Shown here one piece after another: positions 31,944 to 42,540 of a stretch of DNA of 53,017 nt. The stretch covers positions 1-53,017 of the forward strand of contig JAAYRE010000020.1 in the NCBI GenBank assembly GCA_012518935.1, given 5' to 3'. The DNA comes from Clostridiales bacterium (GTDB taxonomy: Bacteria; Bacillota; Clostridia; Lachnospirales; Lachnospiraceae). The notes beneath the pieces are model-generated. The model did not search any database. It was not told the DNA's origin and was given only the letters and a program-made list of their open reading frames with translations. The number at the start of each line of letters is the position of its first letter. The stretch's first letter is position 1. Position numbers and translations under genes: made by a program.

Positions 31944-32540
31944 ATGGGAAATTTAAGAGGGACAAAAACATTAGAGAATTTAATGAAATCATTTGCCGGT
32001 GAATCGCAGGCTAGAATGAGATATACTTATTTTGCTTCTGTAGCAGGAAAAGAAGGCTATAAGCAGATTCAGAATATTTTTCTAGAAACAGCAGAGAATG
32101 AGAAGGAACATGCCAAAGTATTCATGAAGCTGGCCCTAGAACATTTGGATGGTGAAAATCCAGCACCTGTTGAGATTAATAATGCTACATATCCATTTGC
32201 ATATGGGGACACAAGAGCTAATCTTAAGTCCGCTGCAGCAGGAGAGCATGAAGAAGCGGATATTGACTATCCTGCCTTTGCTAAAGTAGCAAGAGAAGAG
32301 GGCTTTGACGATATCGCAGACCGCTATCTATTAATTGCTAAGGTAGAGAAACATCACGAGGAAAGATACCTTAAACTCTTAGAGAATATTGAAAATAGTA
32401 CGGTATTTAAGAAAGATGGGAAGGTTTTCTGGAAATGTTTAAACTGTGGCTATGTCCATGAAGGAGAAGAAGCTCCTGATCTATGCCCAGCTTGCATACA
32501 TTCCCAGGCATATTTCCAGCTCTTAGATGACTGTTTTTAA
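31944..32540 (+). CDS. rbr: Rubrerythrin
   Basis: FAGESQARMRY, ENEKEHA, EKHHEERY, CLNCG...CPAC. Confidence 0.93.
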   Translation: MGNLRGTKTLENLMKSFAGESQARMRYTYFASVAGKEGYKQIQNIFLETAENEKEHAKVFMKLALEHLDGENPAPVEINNATYPFAYGDTRANLKSAAAGEHEEADIDYPAFAKVAREEGFDDIADRYLLIAKVEKHHEERYLKLLENIENSTVFKKDGKVFWKCLNCGYVHEGEEAPDLCPACIHSQAYFQLLDDCF

Positions 32541-32781
32541 TATACCAAAAAGATTATTTCGATTCTGAGTCAATCACTATATGTTTGACTCTGGCTATTA
32601 TATATAAAAATTTATCATTATATGATACTTTTTTAGAATATTTGTTGTTTATGGGAGGAAAGTATTATATAATATAGATAATATAAGCTACAAATGACAA
32701 AAACAACCTCAACTTATGTTGGGAGAAAGGAAATAGTCCAACCATTTTCTTAGCTAAAATGATTGGATTATACATACGACT

Positions 32782-34718
32782 ATGTTTAAAAGAACAAGTA
32801 GAGCAGTAAATTCTAGAAATGAAGAAGTTATTAAAAAGCTAAAAGAGTGGGATTTTATCGATGAGGTCAGTGATGAAGGCATTGATTCTACTTATTTAGA
32901 CTTGCATAAGGATTACCGTACATTTTTTAATAATTTTAATAATAGTTTCGAGGATATTAAGCTTGTTTCAGGACAACTTGAGGGAATTATAGATGGATTA
33001 GTTGATTCCTCTGGTAATGTGCGTATGGCTTCCGAATTCATCGCAGAAGGAACACAAAGTCAAGCAGAAGATATTAATAAGTGTCAAGATATTGCTGATG
33101 TTTTATCTGATAAGATTGTGTCAATGAGCGAAAAATCCAGTGCAATGATTGAATCTGCCCATGAGATGAGAGAAGTTAGTTCAAATGGTAAGATTGCAAT
33201 TGAAAACCTATCAGTGAGTCAAGAAAAGAATTATGAGGTTAATAATTCAATAACTTCAGAGATTTATAACTTACTTGATATAACAAAAACAATCAATAAC
33301 ATTACACAGATTCTTTATGAAATCGCAAGTCAGACTAATCTTCTTGCTTTGAATGCATCAATAGAGGCTGCAAGAGCTGGTGAAGCTGGAAGAGGTTTTG
33401 CAGTTGTCGCTGATGAGATTCGAGGATTAGCTGAAAAAAGCCGTGAAGCAAGTAAAAATATTAACGATAATATCTCCAAGATAATGATCAGCTTAGCAAT
33501 TTAAAGAATGTTACAGATGGCTCCATAGAAGCCTACAATGAACAAGAACAAGCTGTTGATAAGGTTATCTCAGCATTTGAGCAAATTAATTCATATGTGG
33601 ACGGATTTGTTGGGAATCAGCAGGATTTCTATAAGGAGGTACAGAGCTTATCTTCAGAAAAAGAAAGTCTACTAGAAGCCATTATTAATATTGCCTCAGT
33701 TATTCAAGAATCATCTGCCACAACAGAAGAGGTTGCTTCATTAACAATAGGACAAGCAAGTACAGCCAATGTTCTCTTTAAGATGGCCCGAGAGTTGAAT
33801 AACAAAGTAGGTACTATATCAGCGGAGACCGCCCATATTAAGACCAACCTTATCACTAATACTCAGAAGAAGATAGGTTTTATATTTGATATTGATGATC
33901 CTTTTTGGGATCCTACCATTAAGGAAGCAAGGAAGACAGCAAGGGCATTTAATTTCTATATTGAATTTTTTGCTCCAAAGACAAGAGAGAATGCTGTTAG
34001 TGATATGTTAACTTCCCTAAGAGGATTTATTGATAATGAATTTGACGCCATAGTAATTAGTCCAGTTGATAGTCCTGAGATTCGTGCGACCCTTACAGAA
34101 GCTACCGATAAAGGTATTAAGATTATCTTTATCAACTCAGCTTTAGATGGTATAGAATATGAGAGTCTGATTGAAACAAACGGCTATGAATGTGGTAGAA
34201 GTGCTGCCCGTACAGCAAAACAGATGATGAATAATCAGGGTGAAGTCGCTGTTGGACTCTGGTATGACATAAAGATATCATCCATAGAGCAAAGAGGCAT
34301 AGGCTTTATAGATGAACTTGAGAACAACTCCAATATTAAGGTTCATAGATATGATGTTCATAGTAATCCTTCAGAAAGTGAGGTTGCTAGATATATTGAA
34401 GCTATACGCAAGGAGCATCCTAATGTGAAATATATCTATGCAACTAATGGCAATTGGGGTAGAGCTCTTGGTGAATATGTTAAGAAGTACAATCCTGAAT
34501 TTGAAGTTATGTGTGTTGACTTTGGTTCAGAGATTGCCGAATACATTAAATCAGGTAATATAAAGGCTGCTATTGCACAAAGAAACTTCTCATGGGGAAC
34601 TATGTCCCTGGAGTTGCTTGAGGATGTATTCCAAGGTAAGCAGGTTATCAAGTATACAGATACAGGTACTTACGAGGTTAATATCAATAACATTTCAATC
34701 TATGAAAGAAGAATCTAA
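32782..34718 (+). CDS. Soluble MCP signalling domain fused to a C-terminal sugar-binding (PBP type 1) domain; apparent frameshift at ~33483
   Basis: [29 protein letters not shown] in 32782-33504; one extra A in ATAAT joins [13 protein letters not shown]... to ORF 33597-34718 with [24 protein letters not shown]. Confidence 0.8.
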
Positions 34719-34753
34719 AAGCTTCTAATAGAATAAAGTTTCAGATCTAAGTG

Positions 34754-34795
34754 ACGAGTATCTTTTATAAGTTTTAAAGGATACTCGTTATTTTG
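34754..34795 (+). terminator. Rho-independent terminator
   Basis: ACGAGTATCTTTTA / TAAAGGATACTCGT plus T-rich tail. Confidence 0.75.
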
Positions 34796-34908
34796 TAGGT
34801 AATTTCTCTTTCATATAATAACAACATATGTTAAAATACTTGGTAAGTGAAGAGACAAGTATATTATAAAAAGATATATAAATTGATTGAGTAAAAGGGA
34901 GACAAACC

Positions 34909-35571
34909 ATGAGTAGATTTTTTGATGTTGAAAACCCATTGTTTTCATTGCTGAGCAAGGTAGCTGACATGCTATTTGTTAGTATAGCTTTTATATTATT
35001 AACCGTTCCCATAATTACAATAGGCCCTGCCTATACTGCCTTGTATTATTCTGTAGTAAAGGTAATACGCCGAGAAAGAGGATATCTATTTAGAGAATTC
35101 TTTCGCTCATTTAAACTTAACTTTAAAAGAGCCACTATTATTGGTGTCTTGTTAACTTTAGTATTTTTAATTTTGGCCTTTGATTTATCATATGCTTGGG
35201 AATTGACAGCAGATCCTGATAGTAACAAAGGCTCCTTATTACTGGGAGTATTTGTAGGAATATTTATATTAGCATTCTGTATTTTTATTTATGTTTTTCC
35301 CATTTTATCTAGATTTGACATGACAGTAAAGCAATTAATTAAAGCAAGTATGTTTATGTCAACACGACATTTACATTTTACAATTTTAATGCTGGCAGTC
35401 CATGTTGCTGCTCTTGTAGTAATATATTTTTTCTTACCATTTATCTTTTTTGCACCAGCCATAGTTGTATTTGTTAATTCCTTAATGATGGAAAAGATTT
35501 TTAAGAAGTATATGCCGGAATCAGAAGGACCTGGTGAAGAAACTGGAAAAGACGAGTGGTACTTAGAATAA
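34909..35571 (+). CDS. YesL / DUF624 membrane protein
   Basis: [18 protein letters not shown]...[10 protein letters not shown]; [10 protein letters not shown]. Confidence 0.85.
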   Translation: MSRFFDVENPLFSLLSKVADMLFVSIAFILLTVPIITIGPAYTALYYSVVKVIRRERGYLFREFFRSFKLNFKRATIIGVLLTLVFLILAFDLSYAWELTADPDSNKGSLLLGVFVGIFILAFCIFIYVFPILSRFDMTVKQLIKASMFMSTRHLHFTILMLAVHVAALVVIYFFLPFIFFAPAIVVFVNSLMMEKIFKKYMPESEGPGEETGKDEWYLE

Positions 35572-35608
35572 AGCTTGTTTTAATAATAAAAGGCTAGGAG
35601 GAGTAGAT

Positions 35609-37717
35609 ATGTCAGATAGATTAACTGATATTTTCGGTATTGATGTATTTAGTGATGCAGTGATGCTAGAAAAACTTCCCAAGAAAACATATACTGCTTT
35701 AAAAAAGACTATAGAAAATGGAGATGAGCTTGATCCTAATGTTGCTGAAGTAGTTGCCAATGCAATGAAGGACTGGGCAATTGAGAGAGGAGCAACCCAT
35801 TATACCCATTGGTTTCAGCCCATGACTGGTATAACTGCAGAAAAACATGATTCTTTTCTTAGCCCAACCTCAGATGGAAAGATTATAATGGAGTTTTCCG
35901 GAAAGGAATTAATTAAAGGGGAGCCGGATGCATCCTCATTTCCTTCAGGTGGGCTTCGTGCCACATTTGAAGCTAGAGGCTATACGGCATGGGACTGCAC
36001 TTCACCAGCATTCCTTCGAGAAGATGCCTTGGGTGTAACCTTATGTATTCCCACTGCATTTTGTTCATTTACCGGGGATGCCTTGGATATGAAGACTCCC
36101 CTTCTTAGATCTATGGAAGCCTTAAGTGATCAAGCTGTTCGTATACTTAGGCTGTTTGGTAATAATGAAGTAACCCATGTAAGCCCATCGGTAGGGCCAG
36201 AACAGGAATATTTCCTAATAGATAAGACAAAGTACTTAAAGCGAGATGATCTTATTTTTTCCGGCAGGACACTATTTGGTGCAATGCCACCAAAGGGTCA
36301 GGAGATGGAGGATCATTATTTTGGATGTATTAAAGAGAGGGTAGCTTCCTTTATGAGGGAACTGAATATTGAGTTGTGGAAAATGGGAGTGACAGCCAAG
36401 ACTCAACATAATGAAACAGCCCCTGCACAACACGAATTAGCACCTATATATACTACTGCCAATATTGCAACTGACCATAATCAGCTGGTTATGGAGTGTA
36501 TGAAGCGGGTGGCAAATCGTCACAACCTTACATGCTTACTTCATGAAAAACCTTTTGCAGGTGTAAATGGGTCAGGTAAACATAATAATTGGTCCATGAT
36601 TACCAATACAGGAGTTAATCTCCTTAAGAGGGGTAAGACACCTAAGGAGAATCTAAGGTTCCTCTTGTTCTTATCTGCAATAATAAAAGCCGTAGATGAA
36701 CATGCCGACCTTATTAGGGTATCTGCAGCTAATCCCGGTAATGATTGTAGACTTGGGGAGGACGAGGCACCTCCAGCAATTATATCTGTATTTGTTGGAA
36801 ATCAACTGGATGACCTTATTGAGCAGGCCATTATAAATGGTGAAGCGACAAGCAATATGGAGGGGGGAAGGATTAATGTAGGTGTACATACCATTCCCGA
36901 GCTTTATACTGATGGTAGCGATAGAAATCGTACTTCTCCATTTGCCTTTACAGGTGATAAATTTGAGTTTCGAATGGTTGGTTCTTCAATGTCCGTAGGA
37001 CCTGCTAATACAGTGTTAAACACTATAGTGGCTGATGCTCTATGTGAAATGGCAGATGAGTTGGAAATGGCTGATGACCTTGATAAGGCTGTCCATGATT
37101 TGATAAAAATAACTTTAAGTGAACATAAAAGAATAATATATAATGGTAATGGTTATTCACAGGAATGGGTTGAAGAAGCTAAGAAAAGAGGATTACCTAA
37201 TATTAAATCTATGGTGGATGCCATTCCCGCCTTGGTTACTGATAAGTCTATTAAGGTATTTGAAAAACATAAGGTCTTTTCAAAATCAGAGCTAATCGCA
37301 CGGAAAGATGTATTGTATGACTCATATTCCAAGGCAATTAACATAGAAGCCAAGACTATGATTATGATGGCAAGTTCACAGTATATCCCTGCAGTTATCA
37401 AATATTCAAAGACACTGGCAGATTCAATAAATTCAATAAAAAGTGCAATGCCTGATGCCGAGACTTGGGTACAGCAGGAACTTCTTATGAAGACATCAGG
37501 ACTTTTATCGGAAACTCAGACGGCATTACAGTCTCTAAGTGTATTAGTAGGTGAAGCCAATAAGATTGAAAATGATGCTAAGAAGGCTGTGTTTTTCCGT
37601 CAGAAGGTAAAACCAGCCATGGCAAAGCTTAGGGAGCCTATAGATGCTCTTGAGTGCATAGTTGATAAAGAGTTATGGCCAGTTCCATCTTATGGAGAGT
37701 TGTTATACGAATTATAA
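35609..37717 (+). CDS. glnA: Glutamine synthetase type III
   Basis: [66 protein letters not shown]. Confidence 0.95.
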   Translation: MSDRLTDIFGIDVFSDAVMLEKLPKKTYTALKKTIENGDELDPNVAEVVANAMKDWAIERGATHYTHWFQPMTGITAEKHDSFLSPTSDGKIIMEFSGKELIKGEPDASSFPSGGLRATFEARGYTAWDCTSPAFLREDALGVTLCIPTAFCSFTGDALDMKTPLLRSMEALSDQAVRILRLFGNNEVTHVSPSVGPEQEYFLIDKTKYLKRDDLIFSGRTLFGAMPPKGQEMEDHYFGCIKERVASFMRELNIELWKMGVTAKTQHNETAPAQHELAPIYTTANIATDHNQLVMECMKRVANRHNLTCLLHEKPFAGVNGSGKHNNWSMITNTGVNLLKRGKTPKENLRFLLFLSAIIKAVDEHADLIRVSAANPGNDCRLGEDEAPPAIISVFVGNQLDDLIEQAIINGEATSNMEGGRINVGVHTIPELYTDGSDRNRTSPFAFTGDKFEFRMVGSSMSVGPANTVLNTIVADALCEMADELEMADDLDKAVHDLIKITLSEHKRIIYNGNGYSQEWVEEAKKRGLPNIKSMVDAIPALVTDKSIKVFEKHKVFSKSELIARKDVLYDSYSKAINIEAKTMIMMASSQYIPAVIKYSKTLADSINSIKSAMPDAETWVQQELLMKTSGLLSETQTALQSLSVLVGEANKIENDAKKAVFFRQKVKPAMAKLREPIDALECIVDKELWPVPSYGELLYEL

Positions 37718-37722
37718 TAATA

Positions 37723-37746
37723 TAGCCCCTCATGAATGAGGGGCTA
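37723..37746. terminator. Hairpin between convergent genes
   Basis: TAGCCCCTCA-TGAA-TGAGGGGCTA. Confidence 0.7.
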
Positions 37747-37750
37747 AACT

Positions 37751-38569
37751 CTATCTTATATATAGCATACTGCTGGTGAAGGTACCACCTGTAGTATCAA
37801 TATAATCTCTGTATTCATTGTAGTTAATATAATACTGTTTCCCCCATGAGGAGATTCCTAGGACAGTGGTTTTCTTAGACTTATATTTCATCCTATATAT
37901 TCCGGTGACCGTAACATAATGACTATTTATATTATTCCTTACGGGATTAAGCTTATATAAAACAGGGTTGATAAGGGAATCGTATTTATCTTTTTTATCA
38001 TCTGTATCTTTAATGACATCCCCATGGTAGAAGGTAATGCCCTTCTTACCCCAGAGTTTGGGTGTGTTTGGACCTATGGATAGTATGATAGGTATATCAT
38101 AGTAAAGCATTTCTTCGATGTTTTCAAGCATATCATAATAGGACAAGGTAAGCTCCCATCTAGCTCTTAAATTAAACTGATACTTTTTTGCATATGAATT
38201 GAAGGCAAAGGCTAGCCTTGGTCCAAGTACTGCAATAAATGGTCTTGTTTTGGTATAGTATGTATTAATTTTTCGTACATAAGACATATAGTCTGTATAA
38301 TAGGCATAATCAGCATCTTTTATGATTCCTTCAGTTATGGGGGTAGTGTAGACATAACTCTTATTAGCCATATAGAGGAATAAATCTGCCATAGCAATAG
38401 TGCCACAACCGTAATGATGTATGATGTAGTCCTTACTTAACTTATGCTTGTTTGAAAACCACATCTGGCTACCACCATAATAAACAGTTGAACCCTTTGT
38501 GACTGGAACATAGCTTGACTTATTTAATTGGATTTCTGAATTAACCTGATATATCATCACAACACTCAT
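37751..38569 (-). CDS. Hypothetical Tyr-rich protein, possible papain-like (C39-like) fold
   Basis: GGSQ.W...YGCGTIA...PIILSIG...HYVTVTG...ISSWG. Confidence 0.55.
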   Translation of the reverse strand: MSVVMIYQVNSEIQLNKSSYVPVTKGSTVYYGGSQMWFSNKHKLSKDYIIHHYGCGTIAMADLFLYMANKSYVYTTPITEGIIKDADYAYYTDYMSYVRKINTYYTKTRPFIAVLGPRLAFAFNSYAKKYQFNLRARWELTLSYYDMLENIEEMLYYDIPIILSIGPNTPKLWGKKGITFYHGDVIKDTDDKKDKYDSLINPVLYKLNPVRNNINSHYVTVTGIYRMKYKSKKTTVLGISSWGKQYYINYNEYRDYIDTTGGTFTSSMLYIR

Positions 38570-38634
38570 TATCTTATACTATATATTTATAATATTCTTT
38601 ATTTTTAATTTAGTGACGGTAGATCAGGCATTAA

Positions 38635-38681
38635 AAACCCACCTTCATAAGCTCAGGGATATTCCCCTTGAAGGTGGGTTT
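38635..38681 (-). terminator. Terminator after membrane-protein gene
   Basis: AAACCCACCTTCA / TGAAGGTGGGTTT. Confidence 0.7.
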
Positions 38682-38704
38682 CGTTTACTTGTATTTGTAT
38701 ATCT

Positions 38705-39445
38705 TTATTTACTAGAAGGTTTGTTCTTAATGATAGCATGTACAAAGCATAGTAATATACATAATATAAAGGTTATAAGTAAAATAAGTTCAAAATTAAA
38801 TGCAATATCATAATCCCAACCAAGTACCTTAGACTTTTCGCTAATAGGATTCTTCCATAGTAATAAAAGGATTGCAGCATCTATACCTCCTATTATGGTA
38901 CCGATATAGAAGAGGTTATTAAATACTGAAGCCGCATAAAACATTAATAAGAAAGAAATCAAATATATAACTAAGCCAGAACCTTCAATTAGGTTATCAG
39001 TAATAGTAGTAAGAAATATATATACTACAGCCATAAGCCCTGTTCCTATAAGTGAATATAGCAATCTCTTTCTATGGTTATCCTTATAATAACTACTGAT
39101 GAAGAAAGGCAAGGAGATAAATAACCAACCAAGATAATAGACTGCCTCTGCAGGAGGTTTACCTAAAATCTCAAGAAGAATTGATATCCCAAACAGTACA
39201 AAGGTTCCTGCAGGCAATATTTGTGCTATTACTTTATAAAAATTACTTATCTGCTTGTTCCTACTGATAATATAATCTATGACAGCACCTAACAGGAAAA
39301 AGGGTATCAGGGCTGTTATAACATTAAATTGAGTTTCCCATTGAAAGGATTCTAGAAAAAGCAGTATAGTAGCAATGATTAAGTATATGGCTACAAATGT
39401 AAAAAGGGATAAATTTCTTAATAATCCATGAGATTTCTTTTTCAT
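38705..39445 (-). CDS. Hypothetical polytopic membrane protein
   Basis: About 8 hydrophobic segments; ATGA overlap with the ABC-F stop codon. Confidence 0.7.
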   Translation of the reverse strand: MKKKSHGLLRNLSLFTFVAIYLIIATILLFLESFQWETQFNVITALIPFFLLGAVIDYIISRNKQISNFYKVIAQILPAGTFVLFGISILLEILGKPPAEAVYYLGWLFISLPFFISSYYKDNHRKRLLYSLIGTGLMAVVYIFLTTITDNLIEGSGLVIYLISFLLMFYAASVFNNLFYIGTIIGGIDAAILLLLWKNPISEKSKVLGWDYDIAFNFELILLITFILCILLCFVHAIIKNKPSSK

Positions 39446-41088
39446 ACAGTTTCCTCCGAAGGTTCATCCTCAATATTAAAACGCATAACCTGTCTTTTTC
39501 TTGCCATAACATCGCTGGCTAAATATTCGTCATAGGTGGTTATCTTATCAATTAATCCATGGGGAGTAATCTCCATAATTCGGTTTGCTGTGGTCTGAAC
39601 AAATTGATGATCCTGTGAAGCGAACAGGAGTACTCCAGGGAATTTAATTAATCCGTTATTTAGTGAAGTAATGGATTCCATATCCAGATGGTTTGTAGGC
39701 TCATCTAATATTAGAACATTTGCACCAGCAATCATCATTCTTGATAACATTACTCGGACTCTTTCTCCACCGGATAGGACATTTAGTTTTTTAGAGCCTT
39801 CTTCACCGGAAAATAGCATCCTACCCATAAAGCCCCTTACATAGGTAACATCCTTTTCAGGAGAGTATGGCATTAAGAAATCAACTATAGTATCTTCGCT
39901 GTCAAATAACTTTGTGTTGTCTTTGGGGAAATAAGATACATTGGTAGTAACTCCCCATTTATAGGTTCCTTCATCTGGTTCTATCTCACCAGCAAGGATT
40001 CTAAACAAAGTAGTAGTAGCTAGGGTATCTGGTCCTACGAAAGCTATTTTATCATCATGACCTACTATAAAGCTGATATTATCAAGGACCTTTACCCCAT
40101 CTATGGTTTTTGAGATATTGGATACTGTAAGAACTTCGTTTCCTATCTCCCTACTGGGTCTAAAGTCAATATAGGGGTATTTTCTACTGGAAGGCCTAAT
40201 ATCATCCAACACAATTTTCTCCAAGGCTCTCTTTCTAGAAGTAGCCTGTTTTGATTTAGAGGCATTGGCTGAGAAACGCTGAATAAATTCTTGTAGTTCC
40301 TTGATTTTTTCTTCTTTCTTCTTGTTAGCTTCCTTCATCTGCCTAATCATAAGTTGGCTAGATTCATACCAGAAATCATAGTTACCGGAATATAGTTGAA
40401 TCTTGGCATAGTCTATATCGGCTATATGGGTACAAACCTTATTAAGAAAATACCGATCATGGGATACTACTATTACGGTATTATCAAAGTTGATTAGAAA
40501 TTCTTCTAACCAAGCAACTGCGTCAAGATCCAGATGGTTTGTATGCTCATCAAGAAGTAGAATATCGGGATTGCCAAATAAGGCTTGGGCTAGAAGCACC
40601 TTTACTTTTTCACTTCCGTTAAGCTCATGCATTATTTTATAATGAAGGTCAGTTTCGATTCCAAGGCCGTTAAGCAAGGAAGCAGCATTTGATTCAGCCT
40701 CCCAACCATCCATACCAGCAAATTCTGCTTCTAATTCACTGGCACGAATTCCGTCCTCATCGTTAAAATCTTCCTTGGCATATAAAGCATCCTTTTCTTT
40801 CATTATGTCATAAAGTCTTTTGTTACCCATGATGACTGTATCCATAACGGAATATTCATCATATTTGAAATGATCCTGTTGTAAGAAAGACAACCTTTGT
40901 CCTGGAGTGATTATAATTTCACCCTTTGTAGGCTCCAATTGTCCGCTTAATATTCTAAGAAAGGTGGACTTACCAGCACCGTTGGCACCAATGATTCCAT
41001 AGCAGTTGCCTTCGGTGAATTTTATATTCACATCTTCAAACAATGCACGCTTTCCTAATCTTAATGTTATGTTACTAGCTTGTATCAT
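39442..41088 (-). CDS. ABC-F family ATPase (YkpA/YbiT-like)
   Basis: Two NBDs, no TM; GANGAGKST, RFSANASKSKQATSRK linker, LSGGERVR, ILDEPTNHLD. Confidence 0.92.
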   Translation of the reverse strand: MIQASNITLRLGKRALFEDVNIKFTEGNCYGIIGANGAGKSTFLRILSGQLEPTKGEIIITPGQRLSFLQQDHFKYDEYSVMDTVIMGNKRLYDIMKEKDALYAKEDFNDEDGIRASELEAEFAGMDGWEAESNAASLLNGLGIETDLHYKIMHELNGSEKVKVLLAQALFGNPDILLLDEHTNHLDLDAVAWLEEFLINFDNTVIVVSHDRYFLNKVCTHIADIDYAKIQLYSGNYDFWYESSQLMIRQMKEANKKKEEKIKELQEFIQRFSANASKSKQATSRKRALEKIVLDDIRPSSRKYPYIDFRPSREIGNEVLTVSNISKTIDGVKVLDNISFIVGHDDKIAFVGPDTLATTTLFRILAGEIEPDEGTYKWGVTTNVSYFPKDNTKLFDSEDTIVDFLMPYSPEKDVTYVRGFMGRMLFSGEEGSKKLNVLSGGERVRVMLSRMMIAGANVLILDEPTNHLDMESITSLNNGLIKFPGVLLFASQDHQFVQTTANRIMEITPHGLIDKITTYDEYLASDVMARKRQVMRFNIEDEPSEETV

Positions 41089-41185
41089 TATATCCTCCTA
41101 ATATAAAACAAATCTAAAAAATATCGTCTAAATACAATATTATCATTATCATTTTATACTAAGATGATTATTTTGCAAGCTATTT

Positions 41186-42283
41186 CTAATCTAGAGCTGC
41201 AATTTCTGCTAACCTATCCATTATAGGAAGATGCTGGGTACATAACTCCTCGCACTGACCGCAGTTTATGCATTCTGCAGCCTTTGATGCAGGGATTCCC
41301 CAGTGGCCTCTTAAGCGACCTGCCATATCATGACCAAGAATTTGCTGGTTATATGCGTCCATGTACTTTGGTATATCAATATCTTGTGGGCAAGAATCGC
41401 AGTAAGCACATCCTGTACATAGGTTATTAAGTGTAACACCGTTATTCTCATATTCCTCATAAATTTCGGCCGCAGGCTGTTCCTTAAGGTTTTCTACAGC
41501 CTTAACAGCATCATCTACATGTTCTTTCTTAGTACAACCAGCTAAAGCTACGGATATTTCCTTATGAGAAGCAACAAATCTAAGGGCAGCCTGAGGTACA
41601 GTTAAATCGGTCCCTTTTGTAAGGTAGGAGAAGGTTTCTGGATTTTCTGGAATTAATCCTCCACCAAGAGGGTTCATAACCGCGATTCCCATACCCTTTT
41701 TATAAGCAGCGGCAATACCTGCCTGACGGAAACGATAATTTAGGGCATTATAACCGATGAGCATGCCTGAGAATGAAGCCATGTCCACTACCTTTTCTAA
41801 ATCCGTTCCTTGCATATGAGAGGATATATTAATATGTTTGATTAAGCCGTCTTTTTTTGCTTGATCAAAATGCTTATATAAAAGGTCATATTGTTTTTTA
41901 AAGCCTTCAAGGTCAAGCATACACCATAGATAATAGAAGTCTAGATAATCCACCTTAAGACGTTCTAAGGATTTCTCCAGTCTTCTGCGAAAATCATCAG
42001 CAGTAGATTTATTATTTAGTGTACCTAAGTTTACTTTAGAAGATATGTAGTAGCTATCTCTCGGAAGCTGGGATAAAGCCATGCCTGTAATTTCTTCACT
42101 TTTGTCCTGGCAATAGAAAGGAGCACTGTCAAAAAAGTTAATTCCCTTTTCATGAGCATATAAGACCACATCTGCACATTTGTCTAATCGTCCTGCCTTA
42201 ATATCTTCGTCATCATATCGCATGGTACCCATGCCAATTGCACTTACTTTTAATCCAGTATTACCATATTGTTTATAATACAT
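41186..42283 (-). CDS. Aldo/keto reductase with C-terminal 4Fe-4S dicluster domain
   Basis: GLKVSAIGMGTMR, FDSAPFY, SLERLKVDYLD; CTGCAYCDSCP and CINCGQCEELC. Confidence 0.9.
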   Translation of the reverse strand: MYYKQYGNTGLKVSAIGMGTMRYDDEDIKAGRLDKCADVVLYAHEKGINFFDSAPFYCQDKSEEITGMALSQLPRDSYYISSKVNLGTLNNKSTADDFRRRLEKSLERLKVDYLDFYYLWCMLDLEGFKKQYDLLYKHFDQAKKDGLIKHINISSHMQGTDLEKVVDMASFSGMLIGYNALNYRFRQAGIAAAYKKGMGIAVMNPLGGGLIPENPETFSYLTKGTDLTVPQAALRFVASHKEISVALAGCTKKEHVDDAVKAVENLKEQPAAEIYEEYENNGVTLNNLCTGCAYCDSCPQDIDIPKYMDAYNQQILGHDMAGRLRGHWGIPASKAAECINCGQCEELCTQHLPIMDRLAEIAALD

Positions 42284-42314
42284 ATATTGATTCTCCTTTT
42301 TGTTATTTTAGTAT

Positions 42315-42374
42315 AGATTAGGAACTCAAATGCTTCGCATTTTCGTTCACGTTGCACTTATCCAAGTAAAACAT
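42315..42374. repeat. Partial 60-bp copy of the adjacent MITE-like element
   Basis: Identical to 42412-42471 (97-bp period). Confidence 0.9.
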
Positions 42375-42405
42375 CGCACTTTATTATAATAATAAATCTT
42401 TATAC

Positions 42406-42540
42406 ATAAGCAGATTAGGAACTCAAATGCTTCGCATTTTCGTTCACGTTGCACTTATCCAAGTAAAACATTACATTTTATTGTGACATAAAGAGAATGT
42501 CACATAAAATGTAATGTTTTACTTGGCCTAATCTGCTTAT
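42406..42540. mobile_element. 135-bp MITE/REP-like palindromic element
   Basis: 14-bp terminal inverted repeats ATAAGCAGATTAGG / CCTAATCTGCTTAT; internal ~30-bp arms 42459-42489 / 42497-42526. Confidence 0.65.

Noticed and set aside
42315-42471. Two identical 60-bp repeats with a 37-bp gap, resembling a mini CRISPR array
   Set aside because: Repeat is too long, only two copies, no cas genes, and the second copy is part of a larger inverted-repeat element.
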